Source: Eledone cirrhosa (lineage: Eukaryota). From it: 64,000 nt of DNA. Where the stretch lies: assembly GCA_964016885.1 (NCBI GenBank), contig OZ024741.1, positions 191,022,001-191,086,000 on the forward strand, in the 5' to 3' direction. The position numbers were made by a program, and so were the translations under genes. The first letter of the stretch is position 1, and each line of letters opens with the position of its first letter. Below, in pieces: positions 1 to 13,819 of the stretch. The notes beneath the pieces were generated by a model. That model saw only the letters and a program-made list of their open reading frames with translations. It had not been told where the DNA came from and did no database searches.

Positions 1-3000
1 TCATCACAAACGAAAAAAGCACTACACCAAAAATTACCCTGAAGGACTCTATCCTACCCCTTCCCCCTCTGCCTAACACTCCCACAAACACACACACAAA
101 CACTTCACCACCACACAACATACCCCTCCCACATACCCCCGATGATAACACCTCAGACGCAGCAACCACCTCCTCTTCAAGCGAGGATGAAGAAGCGCCT
201 CCAAAAGTAAAAAAAAAAACAAAACAAAAAAAGAGACACTGCAAAAACACAAAAGCATCAATCACCAACAAAATACACAGACACCACCACACATGATAAC
301 CACACCAAAAACACAGACACTGCCACAACTAAACCCACCCCCACCAACAAAACAAACACCAACACCACCACAAGCACAAATTCTCACCATCAAAAAAAAA
401 TTAGACAACAAACAACAAACAAACAACAAACAAACATCACAGCAAAAATTCAAACTGCACTACACATACATTAACACCACAAATAAAGACCTAATGGAGG
501 CCATCACAAAAGACCCCCACCATTCAGAAAGAAGGCAAAAACCTTCACCAGTACAAGCACAAGCACTGCACCTAAAACTAATAAGATTACAAACAGAAAT
601 TTACAGTTTTCTTAAAGAAAACTTTCCCCACGATGTTGGACCCCCATGCCAAAAACCCCTCAACCGTGTACTCCTGAAATATTTACCCACCCCCACCAAA
701 TACCCCCACCTCCACCACCACAAACATGGAGATCGAATAGCCCGACCTCCAGGAAACCAAAAGGTAAGTGTTCCTGCCTTTTTCTCTCCATAACTCTTCT
801 TCACCAACATGGCAACTATACAAGTTAGATGTTTGAATGTGCATGGCCTGGGGATGTCCTGGAAACAGGGCGACTTTTTAAATAACCTCAGGTCACACTG
901 TATAGACGTGATAGCCGTCACCAAGTCCAGGATTCACGACAAACAGCAGTTAACCCCCATGTTCGATGACTTTGAGATCTACGCACCTCTCTGTCAGCCA
1001 AGAGGTGGAGGGTGAGTTGCTATTTTGTTTAAAAAAAATCTGGATCTCAATGTACAGACAATCTACTTAGACTTGGAGGGAAAATTGGTGGTCCTAGACG
1101 TGAATGGTAGTGAAAGTGGACTTTCAGACTGGTGGCCGTATATGCCCTAACTGGGAAATCATGACCTGAGTTCTTTAAGCATCTGGAGTCATTCCTGGGA
1201 ACGCTTACTCTTTACTCTTTGCGGGGGACTGGAATGGTATCTTAGACATACGTTGGGATTATATAGGGGGCATGTGATAGTAGAGGGGTGTGTAATAGCC
1301 TCCAAAATCTTATCAGCCAATTCCAACAGGCTGATAGATATCAACTAGATTTCTCAAGTGCACCACTGTGGACGTGGAGCAACCGCACTGGGTCTTCTAG
1401 ATCATATTTAGATAGATTTCTAATTAGACAAAATGATAGGGAAACATTAAGCTGTCCACAAATGCACATAGTTGCCTATTCAGACTACAAATTAGTGACC
1501 TGCAGAGTCAACCTTGATAGAATACAGAAACAGGGACCTGGATACTGGAAGCTAAACATGTCGCTCCCGACGTTTAAAGCCTACAGTAAACGGATTAGCA
1601 CTTTAGTTAAACGCCAGTTGATGGGGTCCATCATCAACAACAGGTGGTGGTGCTCTCTCAAGAGAGCAATTAGAATAGAATCAATAGCCTTTAGTAAGGA
1701 AGTAGCTTTAGAAAAGAACAAAACTGAAAAGGAACTGGTAGCCAAAATAGAAGAGGCACTTAGGAGTGGCAATACAGCTGATGTGCTAGCAGTGAGAATG
1801 GCACTAGACCAGTTCTTCAACATGAAACACGAAGGTTGCATTGTCAGAAGTAGAAGACATGCTTTGAGAAACGAGGGAGCCAAAGCTGTTGGCTGGGCCT
1901 GAGTGGCAGAGGCAAAAAGTGGCAACAAATCCACAATTTGGTCTTTGGAAAACCAAAATGGACACATACTACTTGAATTCAAGCAGATGTGCATAGCCTT
2001 CCAGCAGCACTTTGCAGAACTGTTCGGGGAGAGCGGTGCATCGAGTGGGGTGATGGACTTCAGTTCCTACCTCAACGGCCTACCGTGACTCTTGAACACG
2101 GATGCGGAGAGCTGCGAAAGGCTGTGAAAGCTGTGATACATCATAGAGAGGGTAGGGTGTAAACCTGGCTTCGGTGGGGCTCTGTTCGATTTAGATCAAT
2201 CTAAGGCATTTGATAGGGTCGACCATCAAGCAGTTCTAAAGGCAGCCAGAAGTGGGCTGAGTACAAACTCTCCTTAAAAGGTTGTGCTGAGGTGACAAAC
2301 ACTTACATAGCATCCGTCATCTACTACCACTTGACAGTTGTGTCTTGTCCCCGCGATCACCTCAGCAAAATGGAACGTCTACTCTTCAAGTTCCTTTGGA
2401 AGAAATAGTCTCCATTGGTGATGAGATCCATCTGTTGCCAACACCCTTCTAATGGAGGGCAGGGCATGCCGTGGCTGAGGATGTGTAAACACATGCTGAG
2501 GCTACGCCATCTCCAGATTTTCCTGACTGGTGAACCGGTGTGGTTGTCGTTTGTGAGACAAGCATTTCCACAACTCATCTCGCTGACAGAGCTGCAGTCC
2601 TGGGTCAAGCAAAGACCGAAATTGGGCGCCTGGCACCTCAAGTGCGTCCAGGTGCTCCCAGCCCTCTACCAAGCGGAAACAGCAATCAGCAGAGACTCCA
2701 TGCTGACATTCTATAGGGGATTAGTGCAGGATAAGTGTGACAATGTTCTTGGGGAGACTCTAGGCATTGAAGAGGACAAATTGGCCAGTCTGTTCAGAAG
2801 GACTTTCTGTCCAGGGCCTATGGATAACTTCCAGAGGTCTCTGGCCTAGCAGTGCTACCAAGGAGTTGTACCAGTTCATAACAAAATTTACAGGCATGGA
2901 CTGCCCTGGCAGGGATCTTGCCAAAAGGACCTGTCCAAGATGCGAGCAGGACATCAAAACCATTCTGCACGCAATTGTTCAGTGCCCAGGGGTGACTAAC

Positions 3001-3592
3001 CTGTGGAATTATGTCAAACAGCTACTGTCACATGTGGGACATATCCAGTTGTCAGCCGAGTCCATCATGAGGATCACTCCGCCACCTTTATTTAAGAATG
3101 AAGGAGAAGTGGTTTTCCTCTGTCTGATGGCGAAAGAGGTAATATGGTGGACGAGGTTAAAAGGACTGAGGGCAAACACCTTTCTCTCCGGACAACAACT
3201 CATCCCATTCTTTAGGTATCACTTCAGAAGGAAGGTGAGAGTGGAGAGAGAGGTGCTACACCCCTGTAAATTCATTGAAAGGTGGGTGAATGTGGCGAAA
3301 ATGGCCCGAGTGAATGGGCCTTCTCTGCATATAAACCTGTAGGTTGAGGAAGACAAAAAGAGGAAAATCGGGAACACCTACAAAACATGCTCCTGGTGTT
3401 CTGAGTTGTTCTATCTACAGGGTGTAAATAAACCCCATAGTAACGTTACCCCCTATTGGGGATTTCTATTGTTAATTTTTTGATGTATAGTTTATTGGTA
3501 TTTATTAAAGTTTTTATGATTTTTATGTAAAACCCCCGCCGTCACCTCTTGTTATATCCCATTCCTTGTACGCCCTTGTGGCAAATAAAGAA
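1..3592 (+). mobile_element. Degenerate L1/Tx1-like LINE (ORF1 remnant, APE endonuclease, mostly deleted RT, C-terminal zinc finger)
   Basis: MATIQVRCLNVHGL (809), 'AGDWNG' and SYLDRFL/SDYK APE motifs, GPGYWKLN, DQSKAFDRVDH (~2194), CPRC..HAIVQC; ends in AATAAA followed by (TATC)n; many stops and frameshifts. Confidence 0.85.
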
Positions 3593-3657
3593 AGATATCT
3601 ATCTATCCATCTGTCTATCTATCTATCTATCTATCTATTTATTTATCTATCTATCAT

Positions 3658-4151
3658 TTCATCATCATCATCATCATCATCATTTCATTTTACGTTCGCT
3701 TTTCCTTGCTTGCAAGGGTGGGACGGGAACTGATTCTGGCTTGATTTCTACAGCTGGATGCCCTTCCTAACACCAACCTCATTTACAGTGAGTGCTGGAT
3801 GCTTTTTTTCCGTGGCGCCTACACGTCCACTTTACAGTGTGGGCTGGGTCCTTTTTTTGCTGTGGTTCCTCCACGACCACTTTGCAGTGGAATGATAGGG
3901 ACCCCAGTCCCTATCATCTCATTTCTACAGCTGAGTAAACTGGAGCAATATGAAATAAAGTGTCTTGCTCAAAGAAACAACACATCACCCAGTCTGAGAT
4001 TTGAACTCACAACCTTTCGATTGCAAAGCCAATACTCTAACCACTAAGCCATGTGCCTCCACAGAAACAACACATCACCCGGTCTGAGAATTGAACTCAC
4101 AACCTTTCGATTGCGAAGCCAATGCTCTAACCACTAAGCCATGTGCCTCCC
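3658..4151 (-). mobile_element. tRNA-derived SINE family A with tandemly duplicated head and RTE-like tail
   Basis: Minus strand A box TGGCTTAGTGG and B box GAGTTCAATTC; central CCTTGAGCAAGACAC-like segment; (ATG)n tail; homologous to 28389, 37195 and 59350 copies. Confidence 0.85.
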
Positions 4152-4595
4152 ATATATTTATTTCTATTTTATTATTTAATGCTCCACATAATAAATATGT
4201 AATGACTAAGCTATCTATTATTATAATATTATAACTAAGACATTTATTAGCCCACAGACTACCACAAAGTGATCTAATGCAATGTCTATGCAATGTTTTG
4301 TCTCTTTACCATTTGTTTTGTCTCCAACTCTTTGCAGTTATTTACAGAAATATGAAAATATGATTATCTTGAGAGAGTCTTGTAAAGTTTGGCTTACTGG
4401 AATACCTCAGCATGGCCAGAAATAGGTGTAGTAGACTTGTTAATATAGTTTAGATAGCATGTTTACATACTCTTAGAGAAGAACAGTGAATTGGGTGGGA
4501 TGTGTTTGTTTACATAAGAGAATCTGTGTCAGTTGAATAGAGGATATTTTCACAAACAATGTGAGGATGAGTACAAGTGCTAGTTGCTATATTTT

Positions 4596-4716
4596 ATGTA
4601 TGTATGTATGTATGTATGTATGTATGTATGTATGTATGTATGTATGTATGTATGTATGTATGTATGTATGTATGCATGTATGTATGTATGTATACATGTG
4701 TGTGTGTGTGTATGTG
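4596..4716. repeat. (TATG)n/(TG)n microsatellite
   Basis: Direct reading; one of dozens of TA/CA/TATG/ATT tracts in the window. Confidence 0.95.
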
Positions 4717-5424
4717 CAGGGACATGGAAATACTCTGTTTGGTGTCTGAGTGCACTGTTAATCAGCTGAAAGTAAGAGACCTTTAGTTCTTCTTAGGACA
4801 TCATTCTAGGAGAAGAAAAATTCTGATTTAAAACTTGTGATTCGACAGCAGCCTATGATGTTGACTTATTCTTCTTTTTGATACCTGTCACCGCTGTTTA
4901 GAGAGAGGAATTGGTCCAGTGCAAGGCCTTTCTTTATTTAAAAAAGCTTCAAGCCCAAGCATCACTTGATCTAAAAGACTTTCACATGTGTTGTGCATGG
5001 CCTTTTATTTTTACTTTCATAGCAGCATATGCAGAAAGGAATCTGTGTCCTTGGACGAGCTAAAAAGTCATGTTTGCACCAGTCATATATGAGAAAAAAG
5101 TGAAGGTATAGCATTACCACATTACAGGGTGAACTGGGTGTGTTTTATCAGGGCACCAGCATTAACCCTTTGCAGGGTAGCACTAACATTTGAAGGGTTG
5201 TTGTATGTTTGTCCAAAGTGAGGAGTCCTTTTAAAATCTATATTGTCACTGATCACCAGCACTCTAACCTCAGCTCAATCACCACATTATTTTCAGAATC
5301 ACGTTACTTGAATACCTTTACTGTCGACTACACCTGTGTATGTGTCACTTATGAAGTCTATGATCCCTGTTGGCCTACCTGTGATCCCACTGCATTGCTT
5401 CTGTTTATGCAATTTCACTCATAA

Positions 5425-5540
5425 GGCATGGGTTTACCCTAGGCTATAGTAAATGATACTTGGTTGAGATGCCACACAGTGGGATTGAACCCAGGACCCA
5501 ATGATTGTGAAGTGAATTCCTGAATCATTTGGCCATGTTG
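5425..5540 (-). mobile_element. Old tRNA-SINE head remnant (related pieces at ~13260-13440 and ~48970-49130)
   Basis: GGGATTGAACCC is a reverse B box; similar decayed text at the other two sites. Confidence 0.5.
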
Positions 5541-5576
5541 CATCCATATGCTCATGCACACAGAGAGAGAGAGAGA

Positions 5577-5648
<72 letters not shown>

Positions 5649-5934
5649 CATATGCATATACAAACATTATTGCTCCAATCAGTCTACTCACCCTCAGCAA
5701 ATATCCTAAACTAAATGCCAACCTGTACCCACGATCCTGCCTAACGAACCATAAACACCCTCCAAATTTCTCAAATCATACACGAACCACTTATTCTCCC
5801 AAACTCAGCTTTTGCAACCAGATCTTAATAACCACCTAATGGGGAAGACAGACATTATCAAACTGCAGCTGTCATATATAAATATATGTTTGTATGTATG
5901 TGTATGATGTTAAATGATGATATATATAAATATT

Positions 5935-6123
5935 ATATTGTCTATATGCTTCAGCTTCGGCTTGTTCCTGTGGGGAGTCGGATCTTCTGTATTACTGCGT
6001 GACACCAGAGGCCACGGTCGTGTGTCATTGCCCTTGAGAGGTGCAATTGGGTAAGGTCGGCCTTTATCATCTCATCCCAGGTCTTCTTGGGTGTTCCCAC
6101 TCTGCGGATTCCATTGACTTCTA
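5935..6123 (-). mobile_element. RTE LINE 3' fragment
   Basis: Reverse complement matches 62380-62560 (KTWDE..KADL). Confidence 0.8.
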
Positions 6124-6129
6124 ATATAT

Positions 6130-6657
6130 ACTAGCTGAGGTACCCGGTAATACCCGGGAGCGGGGGTATTCCCAGTTCCCATTAAAATGCCCAATGCCTC
6201 TAAGACCAAAAGTGAAATCAAAATATAGGACAGATAACCAAAAACGAAGACAAATTCATTTACGAAACAATAATACAAACAAATATTGTTGATTGCATTG
6301 GTCAGGCGAAAAAATGTTTCTCAGAGAAGTTGAGTGTTGTTATAAGGAAAAAAATAGAGCCCCCATTAGGGTGTCTTAATATTATTGAAATTTGCTGAAA
6401 TTTTGTGAATAGGCATCATATCTTGTCATTTACCTATGGTTTAAATTTCATATAAATCGAAGCGAAAAATTAAGTGGGGGTTTTCAGCGGAGGGTTTGAA
6501 CCACTGGGGAACACTTTGACTAAAATGAAATATACGTAAAAAATCAAATGGGCATGAGCCCCACACATGTGTCAAGTTTCATCAAGATCGGTTTGGTACT
6601 TTTAGAGTTTTAGGTTCACAAACAAACAGACAGAAATTGTCATTTATGTATATAAAT
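6130..6657 (-). mobile_element. Non-autonomous Helitron
   Basis: Minus-strand 3' end CCCGG-TATTA-CCGGG hairpin then CTAG|T; 5' end with GTCTGTTTGTTTG; 6390-6460 is homologous to 28935-29005 of the helicase-bearing copy. Confidence 0.75.
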
Positions 6658-6679
6658 TAAGAAGGGTGTGTTTTAATTA

Positions 6680-7172
6680 TATAATAATAATTGTTTCTAC
6701 TTTTGGCACAAGGCCAGCAATTATCCCAGTGTATTACTGGTGCTTTATTTTATTGACCCCGTAAAGATGAACAGAACGTAAAGGACCATAACTCTATGCT
6801 GCAAAGCATGGTGTATAATGCTCTATCGATACTGCCAATCCACTGTTAATTATATAATAATAATTGTTTCTATATTTGGTACAAGTCCAGCAATTACTCG
6901 GTGCATTACTGGTACTTTATTTTATCGACCCCGTAAGGATGAAAGGCAAAGCTAACCTCGGCAGGAATTGAACTCATTATATAATAATAATTGTTTCTAC
7001 TTTTGGCACAAGGCCAGCAATTACCCAGTGGATTACTGGTACTTTATTTTATCGACCCCGTAAGGATGAAAGGCAAAGTTAACCTCGGCGATATTTGAAC
7101 TCAGACTGTAAAGGGATGTAACTATGCTAGAAAGCATGGCGTCCGACCCTCTACCGATACTGCCAATCCACA
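6680..7172 (-). mobile_element. Three tandem copies of tRNA-derived SINE family B (Deu/Nin-like domain)
   Basis: Repeated TTGTTTCTACTTTTGGCACAAGGCCAGCAATTA..GGTACTTTATTTTATCGACCCCGTAAGGATGAAAGGC units. Confidence 0.85.
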
Positions 7173-7394
7173 TTACAGAGGAGAGTTAAATATTTATTTG
7201 AAAAAGTGACAGTGTTTTCGTTTGTAGTCTTAATTAAAGAAGACCTGTAGTTTTCTATGAAAAATGGGATTTTAGCAAAATGTACAGACTGTAACATACA
7301 TAATACATAACATATATTCAATCTTCCTGCATTCCAGTATTGAGTTCTGCTTTTGTTTGATACTAGCAACGTGGCTAATAAAGAAACATATCTA

Positions 7395-7451
<57 letters not shown>

Positions 7452-7884
7452 TGTATATATATATATATACATGCATATATATATACATGTTGACTTAATA
7501 CCAACAATCTTTGTTACTTTTATATATATATGTATGTATATATATATATAAATGGATAGATAGATAGAGAAAGAGAGAGAGAGAGAGGGATGGAGAGAGA
7601 GAGAGAGAGAGATGTGAATAAATCTGTTTTTGTGTGGTTGTATATACATAAAAAGTCAAGATACTATTTTCCAAGAATACATGAAAAAACCCCTGTAGAA
7701 CTGATATTTTTTGTTTTAGCTTCTGTAAATATGTTGAGATGTTTTATCATCTTAAATTACTCTAAAGTACGTGTGTACACACAACATATATATTTTTTCA
7801 CACATGTGTATACTTGCATGCTAATGATTTTAAAATTATATGTACACACACATAAATAATTGATGCAAGGAGGGAAAATAGATA

Positions 7885-8722
7885 GATGATGACGACGATT
7901 ATGATGACACTAAATTCCCGAGCTGTGTCTATTATTAGGTACAGTGCGGGAATTCTGAAATGGAATGTTACTGAACAAAAAGAAATGGATAGAAAAACTA
8001 GGAAGCTAATGACTACCTACAGCATGTTCCACAAGATGAGAGATGTTGATAGAATCTACTTAAAGAGATCTGAAGGTGAAAGAGGGCTTATCAGCATAGA
8101 GGACTGTGTTCAGATGGAGAAAAACAACCTGCACAAATATGTGACTGACAGTAGGGAGCCAATGCTCAAAATTGTACTGAAGGAGAAGACAATGGACCAA
8201 GGATGTCCAAGGAGGAAATAACAATAAAGAGGAAGAACACCCTTCATGAAAAATCCCTTCATAGAACCTTCTTTAAGAAAACAGAATTCAGAGATCCACA
8301 GACATGGAACTGGTTAAAAGAGGAGACCTTAAAAATTCTACAAGAGCAAGCCCTCAGAATGAAGTGGGTGAAACACCATATTGACAAGGAGGAGGCTAGC
8401 TCACTATGTAGGATCTGTGGAGAGAGAGAGAGGAGACTGTGGCTCACATTGTATCTGAGTGTAAAACTCTAGCCCAGACTCACTATAAAGGCTGGAGACA
8501 CGATACAATAGGAAAGGTGATTCACTGGAATTTATGCAAACTAAATAATTTACCACATTCTAAAAAGTGGTATGAGCATAAGCCAGAGTCGGTGATAGAA
8601 AACGATCAAGTGATGGTGCTATGGGATTTCAGGATACAGACAGACAAGAAATTGGAACACAATAGGCCTGACCTCGTGGTTTTGGACAAGGAAAAAAGAT
8701 TGTGCCTGATTGTAGATGTAGC
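7885..8722 (+). mobile_element. R4/Dong-like non-LTR retrotransposon 3' part (CCHC zinc knuckle plus restriction-like endonuclease)
   Basis: DRKTRK..DVDRIYLKRSEG, QEQAL, CRICG..HIVSEC, RHD, WDFRIQTD..NRPDLVV..VDVA. Confidence 0.85.
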
Positions 8723-10412
8723 ACAGATTAAGGCTTCTGTTTCCAGTTTTAGATCATGTTTAGCCATCCATAACCACTTTTTTCTGGTTCTGTGGAATTT
8801 TTTATGTACCACACCATGTTAGTTTCTTCTGTTCTAATGCTGTCTTTGCACCCCATCAGTACTCTTTCTTCTCTTTTTCTTGGTACATATAATGTGTCAG
8901 TGTTGCTCTTTGGGTGAAATATCCCATATCTAGTCAATATCTTTCTTGTCTTCAGTTTAAACTGTTTGCTCTTCCACTGTCCACATGATCACCCCCCTTA
9001 TCTAAGAGTGATACCGCCCATGTACTGATAGCTTCCATATTATTCCGTCCATTCAGTTTCGACTTGAGAAGAAGTCTCAGTCTGCACATGTATTCCACCT
9101 TAAATTTTTCTTTCATTTCCTACTGTATTATCTAATCAATTTCCAATATCCCTAAGTACTTATATCCTTCCTCTTCTATTTGCTTCATAACCTTTCCTGA
9201 TTGCAGCACCAACCCCTCAATGCTTTTAATTTTGCCTCTGTTCAAGATTAATACACCACACTTTTTTAATCCAAACTCCATTCCGATGTCAGCACTAAAT
9301 GTATACACCATATCAATGAGAGAAGCAAGATGAGATTCATTCTTACCATAAAGCTTGAGGGTTGTCCATGAATAACAAGTGGTTGATTTTTTTTGCTGGT
9401 GACAAAATTCCTATCCAGCCTTAACTTTTCTCAAAAATCATTGTCAGTGGTATCCTGCACAGTATAAACATCAGTGGTGACAGGCTGTCTCCTTGGAATA
9501 TACCCCTCTTGATTTCTATTGTTCCTAAATTTCTTCCATATGCTGTCAGTTCAGTCTTCCATTCTTTCATACCTCCCTTAAGAATCGCTCAACAATTGAT
9601 GCAATGCCAAATAAGTTAATGCATTCCATAATCTAAGAGTGCAGAATTATGTCACTTTGCAGTAATTGATCCACGCCATGGTCAAGTTGGTTTTCCTCCT
9701 CTTGATATCCTTAAGTATAGTTTTATCTATCAAATCAAAAGGTGGTCTTTTATACCTCTGCACTTATGCTTGGACCCTTTCTGCTCATCTGGTAGAACTC
9801 TATTTTCTTCAAGATTTCAGTACATTGATACTGTGATTATTCCAGTCATTAATTTCCACATAAGTGGTAGGCATGTTATTAGTCTATAGTTGTCTACCAC
9901 ATTCCTTTAGTGATATCTTTTAAGCACAAAGCTGTCCTACCTTGTGTCTGCCACTCCGGTATAACTTAATCAGCATTTAGCAATATGTTGAATTGTTCAG
10001 TTATTCGTTCATGACATTGACTAAATCTTTTGATCCAGTAGCCTTAAATTTCATCTAGTCCCGGAGACTTCCAGTTGCTCATCTTTTTTCTGGTTTCCTT
10101 CATGTCCCTGGCTGAAATGACTAGTTTCGCCTGTTGTGAGCAAACTGTTGTTTGTTTAAGTTTTTCTAACTAAGTTAAGATTTTCTAACATCCTTCTTGT
10201 GCTCCTTCTGTTTACTCTCAACCTCTGTTGAGTTGAAACAAGCTTCTTTCTCTCCATTTTTTTATGCATTCGTTGTCGGTATCCTTTGATAGGGACCCCA
10301 TTTTCATCTATAGGATTGCTCAAGTACTAACATTTCATGACCATAACATTAATTTGTTTACTCCACTTCCATCGTGTTTTCTGGTTCATTGCTGAATAAT
10401 GACCTGTTGGAG
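8723..10412 (-). mobile_element. Second R4/Dong-like element, decayed RT domain
   Basis: Minus strand YRLITCLPLMWKLMTG, AWINY, GIFQGDSLSPLMF, FMDNPQ (decayed FMDD), LKLETEALICA. Confidence 0.8.
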
Positions 10413-10437
10413 CCAATTTATTATTATTATTATTGTT

Positions 10438-10640
10438 GAGGGCGGTAGATTGGCAGTATTGGTAGAGTGTCGGACACCATGCTTTGCAGCATAGAGTTAT
10501 GGTCCTTTACGTTCTGAGTTTAAATCCTGCCGAAGTTAGCTTTGCCTTTCATCCTTACGGGGTTGATAAAATAAAGTACCAGTCACACATGGGTCGATTT
10601 AATTGATTTCCCCTCCCCAAAATTGCTGGCCTTGTGCCTC

Positions 10641-10689
<49 letters not shown>

Positions 10690-10825
10690 TGAGTTGGACG
10701 TCATGCTTTGGCGCATAGAGTTACGGCCCTTGCCATTCTGAGTTCAAATCCCGCCGAGGTTAACTTTGCCTTGCATCCTTATGGGGTCGATAAAATAAAG
10801 TACCAGTAATTCACTGGGTAATTTG
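10438..10825 (+). mobile_element. Two SINE family B copies separated by (ATT)n
   Basis: GAGTTCAAATCC B box followed by GCCTTTCATCCTTACGGGGTCGATAAAATAAAGTACCAG. Confidence 0.85.
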
Positions 10826-12276
10826 CAAGTCCATGCCATCCGACAGCATCATGGGGTGCTGGATGGAAGGACCGGTTAAATTGCTTGGGGTCTGGTTTGG
10901 TCTGGACCTCCAGATGGAGAAAGGTGATGAACAGGGTGGCTTCTCTCACCCAGAAATGGGCCGAGAGGAAGCTGTCCCTGAAAGGTCGGGCAGAGGTGGC
11001 GAATGTGTTTATCGCATCCGTCATCTGCTACCGCCTAACCGTTGTGCCTTGCCCTGGCCCAACTCTGACAAAAATGAAGCGCCTCCTCTTCCGCTTTTTA
11101 TGGAAGGGACGTGCTCCCATGGTTAGACGATCCATCTGCTGTCAACACCCGTTGCGTGGAGGGCTGGGCATGCTGTGGCTGATGATGTGCAAGCACGCGC
11201 TGAGGCTGCGACATCTCTGGTGCTTCTTTGACGGTGAACAGGTATGGTCACCGTTTGCCAGACGTGTTTTTCCCCAGCTCGTCTCATTAACGGAGCTGCA
11301 GTCCTGGATCAGGAAAAGACCGAGGGATAGAGCTTGGAAGCTGGGCACTAGTATCAGTGGAACATCCACCTTGGCATTCTATAGAGGACTAGTGAGGGGA
11401 AGAGTGACGACATTCTGAGGGAGACCCTGGGCGTCGAAGAGGATCAGCTGTTCGCTCTCTTCAAGAGAACTTTCAGCCCGGGGCCTATGGATAACTTCCA
11501 GAAATCCCTGGCCTGGCAGTGCTATCATTGCATGTTCCAGATAAGCTCTACAGGCACGGAAGTGCTGTCAACCAGACCTGTCCGAGATGCGCACAGAGTG
11601 ACGAAACCGTTGTGCACGCACTTGTTCAGTGTCCGAGCATTGCTGACTTGTGGAGCTATGTTGAACATTTGCTGTCACATGTAGGACGGATCCGGTTATC
11701 GACTGAGTCTATTGTGCAGATAGCCCCGCCGTCATCCTTTAAGGAGGAAGAAGGGCAAGCAGTTTTCATTTGCCTGGTGGCCATGGCGAAAGAGATTGTG
11801 TGGTGGACAAGGTTGAAAGGGTTGAAGACGGAGACTTTCCTCTTCGGCGAATCCTTGATTAACTTTTTCAAATTTCACTTGAAGAGGAAAATCAAGGTGG
11901 AGAGACAAGTGCTGTCTTCTAGTAAGTTTGTTGAAAGGTGGGTGAAAGTGGCGAGTCTGGTCCGAGTGAACGGGCTCGCTCTGAGTATGTGCCTGTAGAC
12001 TGAGAAGTGGAAAACTGAGAGAGGGTGCTTGCCCTGGTCGTCAGGGTGGCCCTGGTGATCAGGGTGGCCGTGGTTTTTTGTGTGGTTTTCACCACGAGTG
12101 ACCCTCGGAAGTTTCCCCCCTATTGGGGAATTTTTGTTGTTTGAATTTTTTTGATATTTCTATCTTCTTCTTATAACCTTTTTTACACTGCCAAAACCCA
12201 CTTTGTATCGCCGTGTACCGTTCTGTGCTGTCTGTAATGTTTTTCTTCATGTTAGCCCTTGTGGCCAATAAAGAAA
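10826..12276 (+). mobile_element. 5'-truncated L1/Tx1-like LINE, relative of 1-3592
   Basis: WAERKLSLKGRAEVAN, GGLGM, CPRC..ETVVHALVQC; 3' end CCCTTGTGGCCAATAAAGAAA shared with ~3575. Confidence 0.85.
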
Positions 12277-12415
12277 CCATTATTATTATTTTTATTATTA
12301 TAAATAAAGTACCAGTAATGTACTGGGTAATTGCTGGCCTTGTGCTTAAAGTAGGAACAATTATTATTATTATTATTATTATTAGTAGTAGTAGTAGTAG
12401 CAGCAGCAGTAGCAA

Positions 12416-12450
<35 letters not shown>

Positions 12451-13444
12451 TAATTATTGCAGTTGTTATTATTCTAAGCAATGTTGTTAAAATATTGTGC
12501 AATATATACCCAACCCTTGCCTCTCATTTTACCATAAACATACCATGCACAACCACATGGCATATCACTTCTTAAACATTATCTCACGGCCACCCTTACT
12601 TACACACTTCACACATTGTGGAACAAGAACACAGCAGACAGAGTGAGAGAGAGAGAGTGGGATGGAGGTAGAGAGAGAAATATAGAGATAGAGAGAGCGG
12701 GAGAAAAAAGAAATATAGAGATAGAAAAGGAATGTATTTTACATGTAGTTTTACTTTTTCAAGATGCGTTTCATTTAGCTAAGTTATTAAATCTTGGGAG
12801 CAGTATGATGTAAATTCTGAAAGATTGTCTCATATTTTGATTAAAGATTGAAGTACATGTTCACATGAAGTACTACAGTTGAGAAATATTACACAGATCC
12901 ATTACTCTTATACATTAAACTTCCATAATCTTCCCCATGTAATTGATTCCAGGTTTTGCTTGTCAACTAACTCATTGTGTGAGTGTGTATGTATATATAT
13001 ATATATATACACACACACATATGTGTGTATGTGTGTATGTATGATCACCTGCCAATTTCTACAGAGGGTGTTCTAGTTATTCAATCAACTTAGCCACCTA
13101 CTCATGGGATTATTGTGTAAGTCGCACAGTCACTTGTACAGTTAATGTAATCCTCAGACAAAATCAATGACAGTGTAACAAGGCTGGACCTTTGTATTAC
13201 AAGTGGCTGAGTATTCTACAGATATCTGTACTCCAGTGTAACAAGGCTAGGCCTTTGAATTAGAAGTGCAATTCATTCAAAGGGCTTCCACACAGTTTCT
13301 GTCTTTTAAGCTTCACTAACAAGGCTTAGGTTGATCTGAAGCTATGGTTAAAGAAATTTGCCCAAGATGCACAAACAGTGGTTTCAATTCAGAGACTCAT
13401 ATTTGTGAAGTAAACTATTTAACCACTTGACCATATTTGTATAT

Positions 13445-13742
13445 ATTTGTATATATTCTATTTTCTTCGAAAACAACTGCTGGAGAAGAACTCATTTAGG
13501 AGTAAACCCCCATACTTAGCACTCACCAACTTGGAAAAGATCTTTGACTGGGTTCCACTCTTTGTAATCTGGTGGTTCTTAAGGAAACTAGGGACAGATG
13601 AATGTCTTGTGAGGGTTATCCAGGCTATGTACAGAGGGACAGTCAGCAAGATGAGAGTTGGCAATGAGTTTCATGACGAATTTAGCATTCATAGTGGTTC
13701 AGTTCTCAGCCCACTCTTGTTGATTATAATCCTCCAGGCCAG
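13445..13742 (+). mobile_element. RTE LINE RT fragment
   Basis: LEKIFDWVP..WWFLRKLG..GSVLSPLL. Confidence 0.75.
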
Positions 13743-13819
13743 ATCAACTGCTATACTTTAGCCTAACAAAAACCATACTTTTCCTGCTACAACAAAAATA
13801 CATACGCTATTATCATTAG

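Noticed and set aside
4339-4423. Possible exon after CTTTGCAG
   Set aside because: Short, no recognisable homology and no linked exon
4561-4786. ORFs such as MYVCMYVC, YIYIYI, THTHTH throughout the window
   Set aside because: Translations of microsatellites, not genes
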